Positions 17,839 to 25,744 of a stretch of 30,592 nucleotides of DNA are shown here, piece by piece (positions within the stretch are counted from its first letter, which is position 1; each line of letters begins with the position of its first letter). Source of the stretch: Saprospiraceae bacterium (lineage in GTDB: Bacteria > Bacteroidota > Bacteroidia > Chitinophagales > Saprospiraceae); assembly GCA_043753405.1 (NCBI GenBank), contig JAYUWT010000334.1, positions 1-30,592 of the forward strand, read 5' to 3'. The notes beneath the pieces were generated by a model. The model ran no database searches and was not told the DNA's origin. It was given only the letters and a program-made list of their open reading frames with translations. The position numbers and the translations under genes were made by a program.

Positions 17839-20016
17839 GTGAAAAAATTACTTTATTTATTACAGGTATGCTTTGTCCTAATAAGCTCTCAGGCTATTGC
17901 TCAAAAAACTTATGACCTGGACGACATTTTCAAAAAAGGAACTTTCAAAACGAAATCACTTCCGGGTTTTGCATATATGAATGACGGAAAGTCATACATT
18001 ATTAATAAAGGGACTTCACTGCAGATCAACAACGTAGTAGATGGTAAGACGACCGGTACCTATATTAGTGAAGACCAGTTGTTCAAAATGACTGAAAATA
18101 AACAAAATGGTATAGAAGAATATCAGTTTAACGGGGATGAGACCAAAGTGATCATCTACAGTGAATCACAGGGTATATACAGACACAGTTCAAAAGGAAA
18201 AACATACGTTTTCGATAAAAATAAAGGCAAAGGAAGTATTATTAACGGAGGAAAACTCATAAGTAATCCCACATTCAGCCCGGACGGCAATAAAGTAGCT
18301 TACACCTTTGAAAACAATCTATATTTTACAGATCTCGCATCCGGAAAAATAACGCAGATCACGGATGATGGTAAATGGAATCACATCATCAATGGAATGT
18401 GTGATTGGGTGTATGAGGAAGAATTTAGTTTTACCAGAGCTTTTCAATGGTCTTCTGACAGCAAAAAACTTGCTTTTCTAAGATTTGATGAATCTGCGGT
18501 CAACGAGTTCACGCTTCAATATTTTCATGATGAAGTTTATCCGGAACCTTATTCCTTCAAATATCCCAAGGTAGGTGAGGACAATTCAACAGTAGTGGTC
18601 AAAATATTCAACCTTGACAATGGCATGACTTTCTCCATCGATCAGACACCTGACAAAGAAGTTTATTATCCAAGGATCAAATGGACACAGGATGCAAATA
18701 AACTTTGTGTTTTCAAGATGAACAGGCATCAGAACAAACTTGAGTTATTACTTGCAGACGGCACCAACGGTAAGACAAGCCCATTGATGACAGAAGTGAA
18801 TAAATATTATATAGAAATTAATGACAACCTGACTTTCCTCAAAGACGGCAAACATTACCTGTGGGTCAGTGATAAGGGCGGATTTAACCAGGTATTTCTG
18901 TATGATATGAAAGGTAAAATGATCAATTGCCTTACTCAAAGCACCGCAGATGTGGCAGATGTGTATGGATATGATGAAAAGCATAAAGTATTGTATTATC
19001 AGCTCATCGCTCCTACACCTATGCAAAGGGAAGTTTATAAAGTAGGAGTAGATGGTAAAAAACCAACCTTACTTTCTACCCGGACAGGTACAAATGGGGC
19101 TCAGTTCTCCACAACTTTTGATTATGTGACATTAAGTTATTCCAATGTCAATACTCCTACCATCTGGGAGCTCTATGATAATAAAAATAAGCTGGTCCGT
19201 ACTATTGAAGATAATAAACCGGCCGCCGAAAAATTTAAAGAGTACAGGACAGGCAAACAAGAGTTCTTCAGTTTTAATACTTCTGAAAAAGTAAGTTTGA
19301 ACGGGTGGATGATTAAACCTTCAAATTTTGATCCATCTAAAAAATACCCCGTTTTTATGTTTTTATATGGTGGTCCCGGCAGCCAGCAGGTATTGGATAA
19401 ATGGAGCGGTGGACAGATGTGGTGGTTCAAACTCATCGCTGAAAAAGGATATATCGTAGCATGTGTTGACAACAGAGGCACGGGAGGACGCGGCGAAGAG
19501 TTTAGAAAAATGACTTATTTACAATTAGGCCACTATGAAACAATAGACCAGATAGAGGCTGCTAAATATTTAGGTAAAATGGCTTTTGTGGATAAAGCCC
19601 GCATAGGTATCTTTGGCTGGTCATACGGTGGCTATATGTCAGCATTGTGTATCCTGAAAGGCAATGATGTGTTCAAAGCTGCACTTGCAGTAGCACCCGT
19701 GACCAACTGGAAATGGTACGATTCTATATATACGGAGAGATATATGAGGACAGAAAAAGAAAATCCTGAGGGATTTAAAAACAATAGTCCTGTATATTTT
19801 GCTGACAGGTTGAAAGGTAATTTTTTTCTGGCCCACGGTATGGCTGATGATAATGTTCACTTTCAGAACAGCGCAGAAATGAATAAATCCCTGATCCGTG
19901 CCGGCAAATCTTTTGAATTTCATATGTATCCTAACAGTAATCACGGCATATACAGTGAAAATGCAACACCACAATTATACGACCAAATGACTAATTTTAT
20001 CCTGACTAAAATCTAA
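17839..20016 (+). CDS. dipeptidyl peptidase IV (S9B), exported (GTG start)
   Basis: Signal peptide, DWVYEEE substrate motif, YGGPGSQ, GWSYGG nucleophile, DDNVH, HGI. Confidence 0.95.
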   Translation: MKKLLYLLQVCFVLISSQAIAQKTYDLDDIFKKGTFKTKSLPGFAYMNDGKSYIINKGTSLQINNVVDGKTTGTYISEDQLFKMTENKQNGIEEYQFNGDETKVIIYSESQGIYRHSSKGKTYVFDKNKGKGSIINGGKLISNPTFSPDGNKVAYTFENNLYFTDLASGKITQITDDGKWNHIINGMCDWVYEEEFSFTRAFQWSSDSKKLAFLRFDESAVNEFTLQYFHDEVYPEPYSFKYPKVGEDNSTVVVKIFNLDNGMTFSIDQTPDKEVYYPRIKWTQDANKLCVFKMNRHQNKLELLLADGTNGKTSPLMTEVNKYYIEINDNLTFLKDGKHYLWVSDKGGFNQVFLYDMKGKMINCLTQSTADVADVYGYDEKHKVLYYQLIAPTPMQREVYKVGVDGKKPTLLSTRTGTNGAQFSTTFDYVTLSYSNVNTPTIWELYDNKNKLVRTIEDNKPAAEKFKEYRTGKQEFFSFNTSEKVSLNGWMIKPSNFDPSKKYPVFMFLYGGPGSQQVLDKWSGGQMWWFKLIAEKGYIVACVDNRGTGGRGEEFRKMTYLQLGHYETIDQIEAAKYLGKMAFVDKARIGIFGWSYGGYMSALCILKGNDVFKAALAVAPVTNWKWYDSIYTERYMRTEKENPEGFKNNSPVYFADRLKGNFFLAHGMADDNVHFQNSAEMNKSLIRAGKSFEFHMYPNSNHGIYSENATPQLYDQMTNFILTKI

Positions 20017-20059
20017 CTTCCATCCAGGAATATGTAAGTATATTATCAAAATAAGATCT

Positions 20060-20548
20060 ATGAAATTAAGACCGCTGACCCTTTTGTTAATTATCATCTC
20101 AGGTGTATTGATCTTCTATTCCTGCAGAGTATCCAAAGAAAATAAAGTGGTCTCACTGCAAAGCGTAGAATGGTTAAATGGAAGATGGGCCAGTTCACTT
20201 AAAGGACAATATGAAAATTTTGTTCCGATCAATGACAATTACATTGAACGGGTCATATACAACATAGAGGATGGACAACCTGTCATAAGTGAGCGTGGTA
20301 AGATCTTTGAAAATGATGCCTCACTGGCACTTACAACAACTATATTTGAATCAAAACAAAATGAATTTTCAAAGTTTGAACTTATTGAACAAAACTTTAA
20401 TAAAATAACCTTTCAAAATATTCAACACGAAAATCCTTTTCTGATTACTATAGAATTATTGAATAATGGTAAGATGGATATTAAGGAAAGTTCGAAGTCG
20501 GGAAAAATATTAAAATCATATGAATTAACACGGCAAAATTTACCTTAG
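20060..20548 (+). CDS. hypothetical lipoprotein (DUF6265-like)
   Basis: Lipobox IFYSC; VEWLNGRW and FQNIQHENP motifs resemble DUF6265. Confidence 0.65.
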   Translation: MKLRPLTLLLIIISGVLIFYSCRVSKENKVVSLQSVEWLNGRWASSLKGQYENFVPINDNYIERVIYNIEDGQPVISERGKIFENDASLALTTTIFESKQNEFSKFELIEQNFNKITFQNIQHENPFLITIELLNNGKMDIKESSKSGKILKSYELTRQNLP

Positions 20549-20594
20549 GCCTCTTTTTGATATTAAATGTAAAAATCCATCCTTGTAAAGATTG

Positions 20595-20602
20595 TATATT
20601 TG
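20595..20602 (+). promoter_or_regulatory. -7 element (TATATTTG) for the RidA-family gene
   Basis: Exact TAnnTTTG about 37 nt upstream of the ATG. Confidence 0.55.
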
Positions 20603-20638
20603 TTCGGTAACGCAATCTAAAAAATCAGGGAAAGAACT

Positions 20639-21061
20639 ATGCACATGAATGAGGATTCAAAAGTACTGGACAACAAAGCTACACCTCGTGGCAAGTTTCC
20701 TCACATCAAACGGGCAGGTGATCTGTTATTCATCTCCGGCACTAGCTCAAGAAGGTCTGACAATAGCATAAAAGGGTCAGAAGTGGACGAGTTCGGAGCT
20801 GTCACGCTTGACATACGTGCTCAGACCAGAGCCGTTATAGAAAATATTGCAGATATATTACGATCTATGGATGCTGACCTAAAGGACCTTGTGGAATTAA
20901 GTGTATTTTTAGTAAACATGAATGATTTTAAAGCATATAATGAAATTTATGGGGAGTTCTTTGACAGTACAGGACCCGCCCGAACTACGGTGGCTGTCCA
21001 TCAGTTGCCACATCCACATCTGCTCATAGAAATAAAAGGCATAGCTTACAAAAAGCGTTAA
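20639..21061 (+). CDS. RidA family protein, 2-aminomuconate deaminase-like
   Basis: [58 protein letters not shown], characteristic of the AmnD/NbaF subgroup. Start may be 20645. Confidence 0.88.
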   Translation: MHMNEDSKVLDNKATPRGKFPHIKRAGDLLFISGTSSRRSDNSIKGSEVDEFGAVTLDIRAQTRAVIENIADILRSMDADLKDLVELSVFLVNMNDFKAYNEIYGEFFDSTGPARTTVAVHQLPHPHLLIEIKGIAYKKR

Positions 21062-21170
21062 TAAAACAACCCACATATGCAAAGCAAATGTGGGTCGAAA
21101 ATCCCTGTTAATTAGAAACACTTATAAGAAGAACTGTTTGATGAAGACAGTCTTTCAGTAAGTTATTCTG

Positions 21171-21365
21171 TTATTTCTTTCTGCTGTATGCCAGGATGGC
21201 TTCTATTGTGGATTTCTTAGGTTCAAAATGACAGCCCGGCAGTAGCTCGTTTAAAGTTTTAATGGATCTGGGTTTGTCCAAAGTTTCATTAACAAAGGCA
21301 AGTGGATAGTGTTTTGATTTTTTGGAAGTTGTAATCGGAATGTTATTTGTAATTATGTTATTCAT
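21171..21365 (-). CDS. small hypothetical protein (64 aa)
   Basis: ATG start with an exact -7 element (TAGATTTG, 21413-21420, minus strand) upstream. C-terminal PKKSTIEAILAYSR resembles a motif of small conserved Bacteroidota proteins (recall only). Confidence 0.55.
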   Translation of the reverse strand: MNNIITNNIPITTSKKSKHYPLAFVNETLDKPRSIKTLNELLPGCHFEPKKSTIEAILAYSRKK

Positions 21366-21493
21366 ACTACTTAAGGTTAATACTTTTAAAAAATAGTCAT
21401 AGGTTAAAAATTCAAATCTAAAACATTAAATTAGATATAAATATTGTGTTTATGTAAAATATATTCAATTCTAAAATAATTTATATTCTTTCT

Positions 21494-21823
21494 TCATAAG
21501 GAAATATCTGCCGGATCCCAAAAATACTTCTCAAACCCAACTATAACGCTGTCTTTTATATCTATTCCTTCATCACTTAACCTTGATTGCATCGGGTATT
21601 CAGGTGAGAAATGCAGTTGGCCGCTAAGAACCCCTTTTCTATTGACCACCCTATGGGCAGGAATAGCAAAAGACGCTGTATCACAATGGTTTAAAGCCCA
21701 GCCCACCATTCTTGCAGACCCCAAACCGAGAGCATTGGCAATGGCACCATAAGTGGTAACCCTGCCCTTTGGAATCAGGCATACTATCTGAAATACTGAC
21801 TGAAAATAGGACTGGTCTGCCAT
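21494..21823 (-). CDS. MGMT-family alkyltransferase-like protein (ATL)
   Basis: IPKGRVTTYGAIA, ARMVGWAL, and IPAHRVV in place of the catalytic PCHR. Confidence 0.92.
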   Translation of the reverse strand: MADQSYFQSVFQIVCLIPKGRVTTYGAIANALGLGSARMVGWALNHCDTASFAIPAHRVVNRKGVLSGQLHFSPEYPMQSRLSDEGIDIKDSVIVGFEKYFWDPADISL

Positions 21824-21895
21824 GATTGATTATTTTAATACTTATTAACTAACGCTAATGCATCAATTTCTCATACTTGAAGACAAGGTTGATGA

Positions 21896-22082
21896 AGTTC
21901 ACGCAAAGAGGCTTAGAAGCGCTATGGACGCCAAGGTTATATCAAAGTTATTTAATTAAAAAAACTCTAATTAACAATTTGATTAATCTTTCCAAAAAAT
22001 ACTCAACTTTGCGGCCTTTGAATGTCCTCTCCTGCCTCCATTTCTCATTTTGGCAGGCAAGCTTTGCGGCTTTGCGTGAACT
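21896..22082. repeat. 187-bp element bounded by perfect 13-bp inverted repeats (REP/MITE-like)
   Basis: AGTTCACGCAAAG (21896-21908) / CTTTGCGTGAACT (22070-22082); extra CTTTGCGG at 22007 and 22062; internal CCTGCC/GGCAGG (22031-36/22052-57). Confidence 0.7.
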
Positions 22083-22119
22083 CCTACTTTATATACTATT
22101 TTTATTAAAGCGTAGTCTT

Positions 22120-22127
22120 TACCTTTG
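22120..22127 (+). promoter_or_regulatory. -7 element (TACCTTTG)
   Basis: Exact TAnnTTTG followed by C, 14 nt upstream of ATG 22142. Confidence 0.6.
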
Positions 22128-22141
22128 CCACATATAAAAGC

Positions 22142-22669
22142 ATGCTTTCAATGTTAAAAATCGCACACAATATAAGTAATTTATCAGATGCCCGCTATTT
22201 TGCAGCGTATGGATTTGATTGGTTGTTGTTCAACTTTGGACCCGGATCTTCAGAGCATAAACATATTATCTATGGGATCTCGGAATGGATCTCAGGCAGT
22301 AAGATCGGCATAGTGGCTCATAACATGGAGGAATTGAATTTTTATATAACAAATATTCCTGAGTTGAAAGGTTTCTGGATCAATGTGGATATAGGTAAAT
22401 TGAGCAATTTACCGGATGACATTACAATATTTAATAATACAATTGATCAGGATTACGCCAATTCATTTAAAATTATGTCTTCCTCGAAAGAGCTAAATTA
22501 CCATCAAAATAAGCTTATCCTGGATCTGACTACCCAGAATCCTTCCACTTTAGATCTAACTGATCTTTCATTAGACGGTGTGTGCATTTCCGGGACTGAT
22601 GAAGATCAACCCGGGTCTAAAAGCTATAGCAATATGGAGGAGTGGATAGAAATTCTTGAAGAAATGTAG
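22142..22669 (+). CDS. TrpF (phosphoribosylanthranilate isomerase)-like barrel protein, degenerate
   Basis: ISNLSDARYFAA..DWLLFNF..ISEWISG N-terminus and EDQPGSKSY..ILEE C-terminus match the Bacteroidota TrpF-like family. Short and lacks the KICG Cys. Confidence 0.7.
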   Translation: MLSMLKIAHNISNLSDARYFAAYGFDWLLFNFGPGSSEHKHIIYGISEWISGSKIGIVAHNMEELNFYITNIPELKGFWINVDIGKLSNLPDDITIFNNTIDQDYANSFKIMSSSKELNYHQNKLILDLTTQNPSTLDLTDLSLDGVCISGTDEDQPGSKSYSNMEEWIEILEEM

Positions 22670-23011
22670 TTGTTTTAACTAAACTTGCTCCTGATGTAAT
22701 GAATGAAATATATATTTGAAAATATCATGCTGCATTTAAATAATTCTCCTTTTGAGTAGTGGCTGGCTGTGGTATAATATAATTGAACAAACAATAAAAA
22801 TTATTAAAACCCACAAGTTTTTAACCATCTTTGTACTTGACAATCAAATATTTAGATAAATTATTTTACTCCTCATCGAAAATATTTGCATGTTAAAGCG
22901 ACTTTTATTTCAAACTGGCGTTTATGAAGTTATGGAAACGTTAAAATCCCTTTAATCCTTTGTCTGAATGCGCTCCCTTTCGATTTTGTTAAATCATAAA
23001 ATTCATACAAC

Positions 23012-24361
23012 ATGTCAGTAAACATTTTAGATCTTTTCAACAATCAGGTAGAAGGAACATTGGCTCCATTAGCTGCAGGATTTTTAGGAGAGAGCGAATC
23101 TTCAACAAGAAACGTTTTAGAAACTATATCACCTACATTGTTAGGAGGTGTAGTTCAAAAAGGTTCTACAGAATTAGGTGCTTCCAGTGTCTTAAACATG
23201 TTAAAACAAGACAATTATGACACATTTGTCTTAAATGAACTTAGCGGCCTTACTGCAGATGATGGAAGTAAGATGAATAACATTATGAATATGGGGCTCC
23301 CTATTGTCAGGTCATTGTTGGGAGATAAAGTAGAAGATATTATACAATGGATCGCCGCTAAACATGAAGTGAAAGAAAATTCAGTTTCTTCCTTAATGAG
23401 TCTCGCAGCACCTTTTCTAATGGGTATATTAGGCAGAGTTGCAAAAGCAGACAATCTTAATTCAGAAGGGCTGGTGTCTTTATTAAATGCTCAAAGCCCT
23501 TACATTAGGTCATTGTTGCCTGCCGGATTAGCTTCTATAACCAATTACACAGCTTTAAACAATCCACCGCCATTTACTACGCCCGATGCTCCGGTATATG
23601 CTCCCATACCTGATACAGTAAATGTTAATACTTCAAGACCGGCATCAGGAGGTGGACTTGGAAATTTTTTACCGTGGTTACTGCTCATTATAGGAATTGG
23701 ACTTTTATGGTACTTTATGAGGGGTTGCAATGATCCTGATGTGGATGACGCCAGAGATAATACTGAGGTCATAATGGACTCAACTAAGGAAGATATAAAA
23801 GATGCAGTGGATACTATTAAAGACGGAGCATCTGAAGTTGCTGCAGCCTTTAAAGGTAAGGTGGATGATTTAGGCAACTGGGTTTCAGATCTGGGTAAAG
23901 ATTATACAGTCATACTGCCCAATAAAAAAGAGCTCAAGGTCAACGAAAGTTCTATAGAGCGTAATCTTGTTGAATTTATTAATTCGGGTACAACAGATGA
24001 AGAAATGCTTAAGAATAAATGGTTCTCTTTTGACAGGTTATATTTCCGCTCAGAAAAATCAGAGTTAGTCAATTCTTCTAAAAAGCAATTGGACAACATT
24101 GCTGATATCCTAAAAGCCTATCCTAAGGTGAACATTAAAATGGGTGGATATACAGATTCTGATGGAGAAGAATCAATGAATCAAAAACTTTCACAGGAAC
24201 GTGCAGAAACTGCTAAAAATGAATTGCAGAAAAGAGGTGTGGGTGGCAACAGAATTGAAGCTGAAGGTTATGGAGAGCAGTTCCCAAGATGTCCTGATAA
24301 TGATACAAGGGAATGTAAATCACAGAATAGGAGAATTGATATAAGGATTACTAAAATGTAA
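23012..24361 (+). CDS. DUF937 + OmpA-like peptidoglycan-binding domain membrane protein
   Basis: N-terminal helical DUF937-like region, TM FLPWLLLIIGIGLLWYFM, C-terminal OmpA-C (GGYTDSDG..NQKLSQERA..EGYGEQ..NRRIDIRI). Confidence 0.92.
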   Translation: MSVNILDLFNNQVEGTLAPLAAGFLGESESSTRNVLETISPTLLGGVVQKGSTELGASSVLNMLKQDNYDTFVLNELSGLTADDGSKMNNIMNMGLPIVRSLLGDKVEDIIQWIAAKHEVKENSVSSLMSLAAPFLMGILGRVAKADNLNSEGLVSLLNAQSPYIRSLLPAGLASITNYTALNNPPPFTTPDAPVYAPIPDTVNVNTSRPASGGGLGNFLPWLLLIIGIGLLWYFMRGCNDPDVDDARDNTEVIMDSTKEDIKDAVDTIKDGASEVAAAFKGKVDDLGNWVSDLGKDYTVILPNKKELKVNESSIERNLVEFINSGTTDEEMLKNKWFSFDRLYFRSEKSELVNSSKKQLDNIADILKAYPKVNIKMGGYTDSDGEESMNQKLSQERAETAKNELQKRGVGGNRIEAEGYGEQFPRCPDNDTRECKSQNRRIDIRITKM

Positions 24362-24384
24362 TAATCTAATTATCCTCAGGTTAT

Positions 24385-24418
24385 AAAAAGGGTCATCTCA
24401 CCAGGATGATCCTTTTTT
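24385..24418. terminator. bidirectional intrinsic terminator between convergent genes
   Basis: AAAAAGGGTCATC-TCACCAG-GATGATCCTTTTT. Confidence 0.8.
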
Positions 24419-24459
24419 CATAATTCCTTAGATATCTTAATGACATTTTTTGAAATTAA

Positions 24460-25584
24460 TCAAATAACCAAAAACGGTATTTTTATTTCCTTATTCACTC
24501 TTTTGTCCACCATCATCTCTTTGAAAAGATCAATGTAAGACAAACGGTTTTCAAGCATGGTTCCATTCTCAAAAGATATTGATGAGAATTTTTTTACCGG
24601 GGTCTCGTTTTTCATTTTAATGCGCTTAAAAAACTCAGGATAGAATATAAGTGGGAAGTGTTCAAAATCTTTAGAGCTATTTGCTTTTAAGAAAGCACGT
24701 TCTATTGAGGCACAGTTTATTTTCTTCTGTTCCGGGCTAAGGGATGATTTTTCATTTGCCGCATCATTCCAGACCATAAAATGAGCTGAAATATCTTTAA
24801 TATTCTTTAATATGCAATGCAGGTTTTCATCCAGAGGATAGAGGATCTTAACATTGACACCAACGATAAGATCAGCCGATTTGACTTTCAAAACAAGTTC
24901 AGAAAGTGCGGTCCGGTTATAACCCATATTTTCTGTGTTTATCATATTGTTTTCTGCTTCCCCCAAATTTATAATTACACCTTTCAGGCCTTTTTCAGAG
25001 AGAATGTCGAAAGCAATATCCTGGCTTTTAGCATCTACTACCAGCCAGGGTTCACAATTGGCCGGGCACCCACTCAGGAATCTTCCCAGCATATAAAGCA
25101 TGGATTTATTCTGTTCCCATTTAATATAAACCTTGTGGGTATTTTCGTTGAGTTTGAATTTGCCGGTGGTGAAAAGATCTATCGTAGTATTAAGTCTGCT
25201 TTTACTTCCGCAGGATGAAAAATCTATGTAGGTCACACCCGGATTGAATATCTGGATATCATCATTAAGTTGTTCAAATTCATTTATGATATATCGTTCA
25301 AAAGATTCCCCAAAGAAGAGCGGAATGAAAGGATTCCAAAAGAACTTACCGTTATGCTTGAGCACCTTGTCAAAATAAAACGGACTTGCTATTCCATTGT
25401 ATTTTTTATCAAGGTTTTTAAAATATTTGATCGCGGTATTAAGGCTTTTTGTTTCACCTAATCCTACTATAAAGATTCTTGTAGAAAGGGCTGACATTAA
25501 GTATTGTTTTTCGAATCTGCTGGAACTTAATATTTTGGAAGCATGTTTTTTATTGACAATGCTGATTTTTTCGTTATTCTCCAT
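24460..25584 (-). CDS. hypothetical protein, probable degenerate radical-SAM-fold homologue
   Basis: 374-aa ORF. Segments resemble a Bacteroidota radical SAM family (KHNGKFFWNPFIP..FERYIINEF; KGLKGVIINL; FPLIFYPEFFKR) but there is no CxxxCxxC. Confidence 0.7.
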   Translation of the reverse strand: MENNEKISIVNKKHASKILSSSRFEKQYLMSALSTRIFIVGLGETKSLNTAIKYFKNLDKKYNGIASPFYFDKVLKHNGKFFWNPFIPLFFGESFERYIINEFEQLNDDIQIFNPGVTYIDFSSCGSKSRLNTTIDLFTTGKFKLNENTHKVYIKWEQNKSMLYMLGRFLSGCPANCEPWLVVDAKSQDIAFDILSEKGLKGVIINLGEAENNMINTENMGYNRTALSELVLKVKSADLIVGVNVKILYPLDENLHCILKNIKDISAHFMVWNDAANEKSSLSPEQKKINCASIERAFLKANSSKDFEHFPLIFYPEFFKRIKMKNETPVKKFSSISFENGTMLENRLSYIDLFKEMMVDKRVNKEIKIPFLVI

Positions 25585-25744
25585 GCAGACAAAAACATTA
25601 ATTTATTTGAGACAATTTGTATAAATTGCGTCTATAAATGGTTGTGGAAATAGATTAATTCGATGTAAATAATAGTTATAAAATAACAACATTTCCCATA
25701 CATTTCTTTGAAAGGTAATCTTAAAATTTTGTTAAAATACATAT

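Noticed and set aside
21877-22137. 86-aa ORF from the ORF track
   Set aside because: It runs across the inverted-repeat element and a promoter; peptide composition reflects the repeats.
22672-22730. 18-codon minus-strand ORF preceded by AGGAG in the trpF-like/ompA spacer
   Set aside because: Too short, and Bacteroidota generally do not use Shine-Dalgarno signals, so AGGAG adds little.
25613-25628. Palindrome CAATTT-GTAT-AAATTG in a divergent promoter region
   Set aside because: 6-bp AT-rich arms are expected by chance at this composition.
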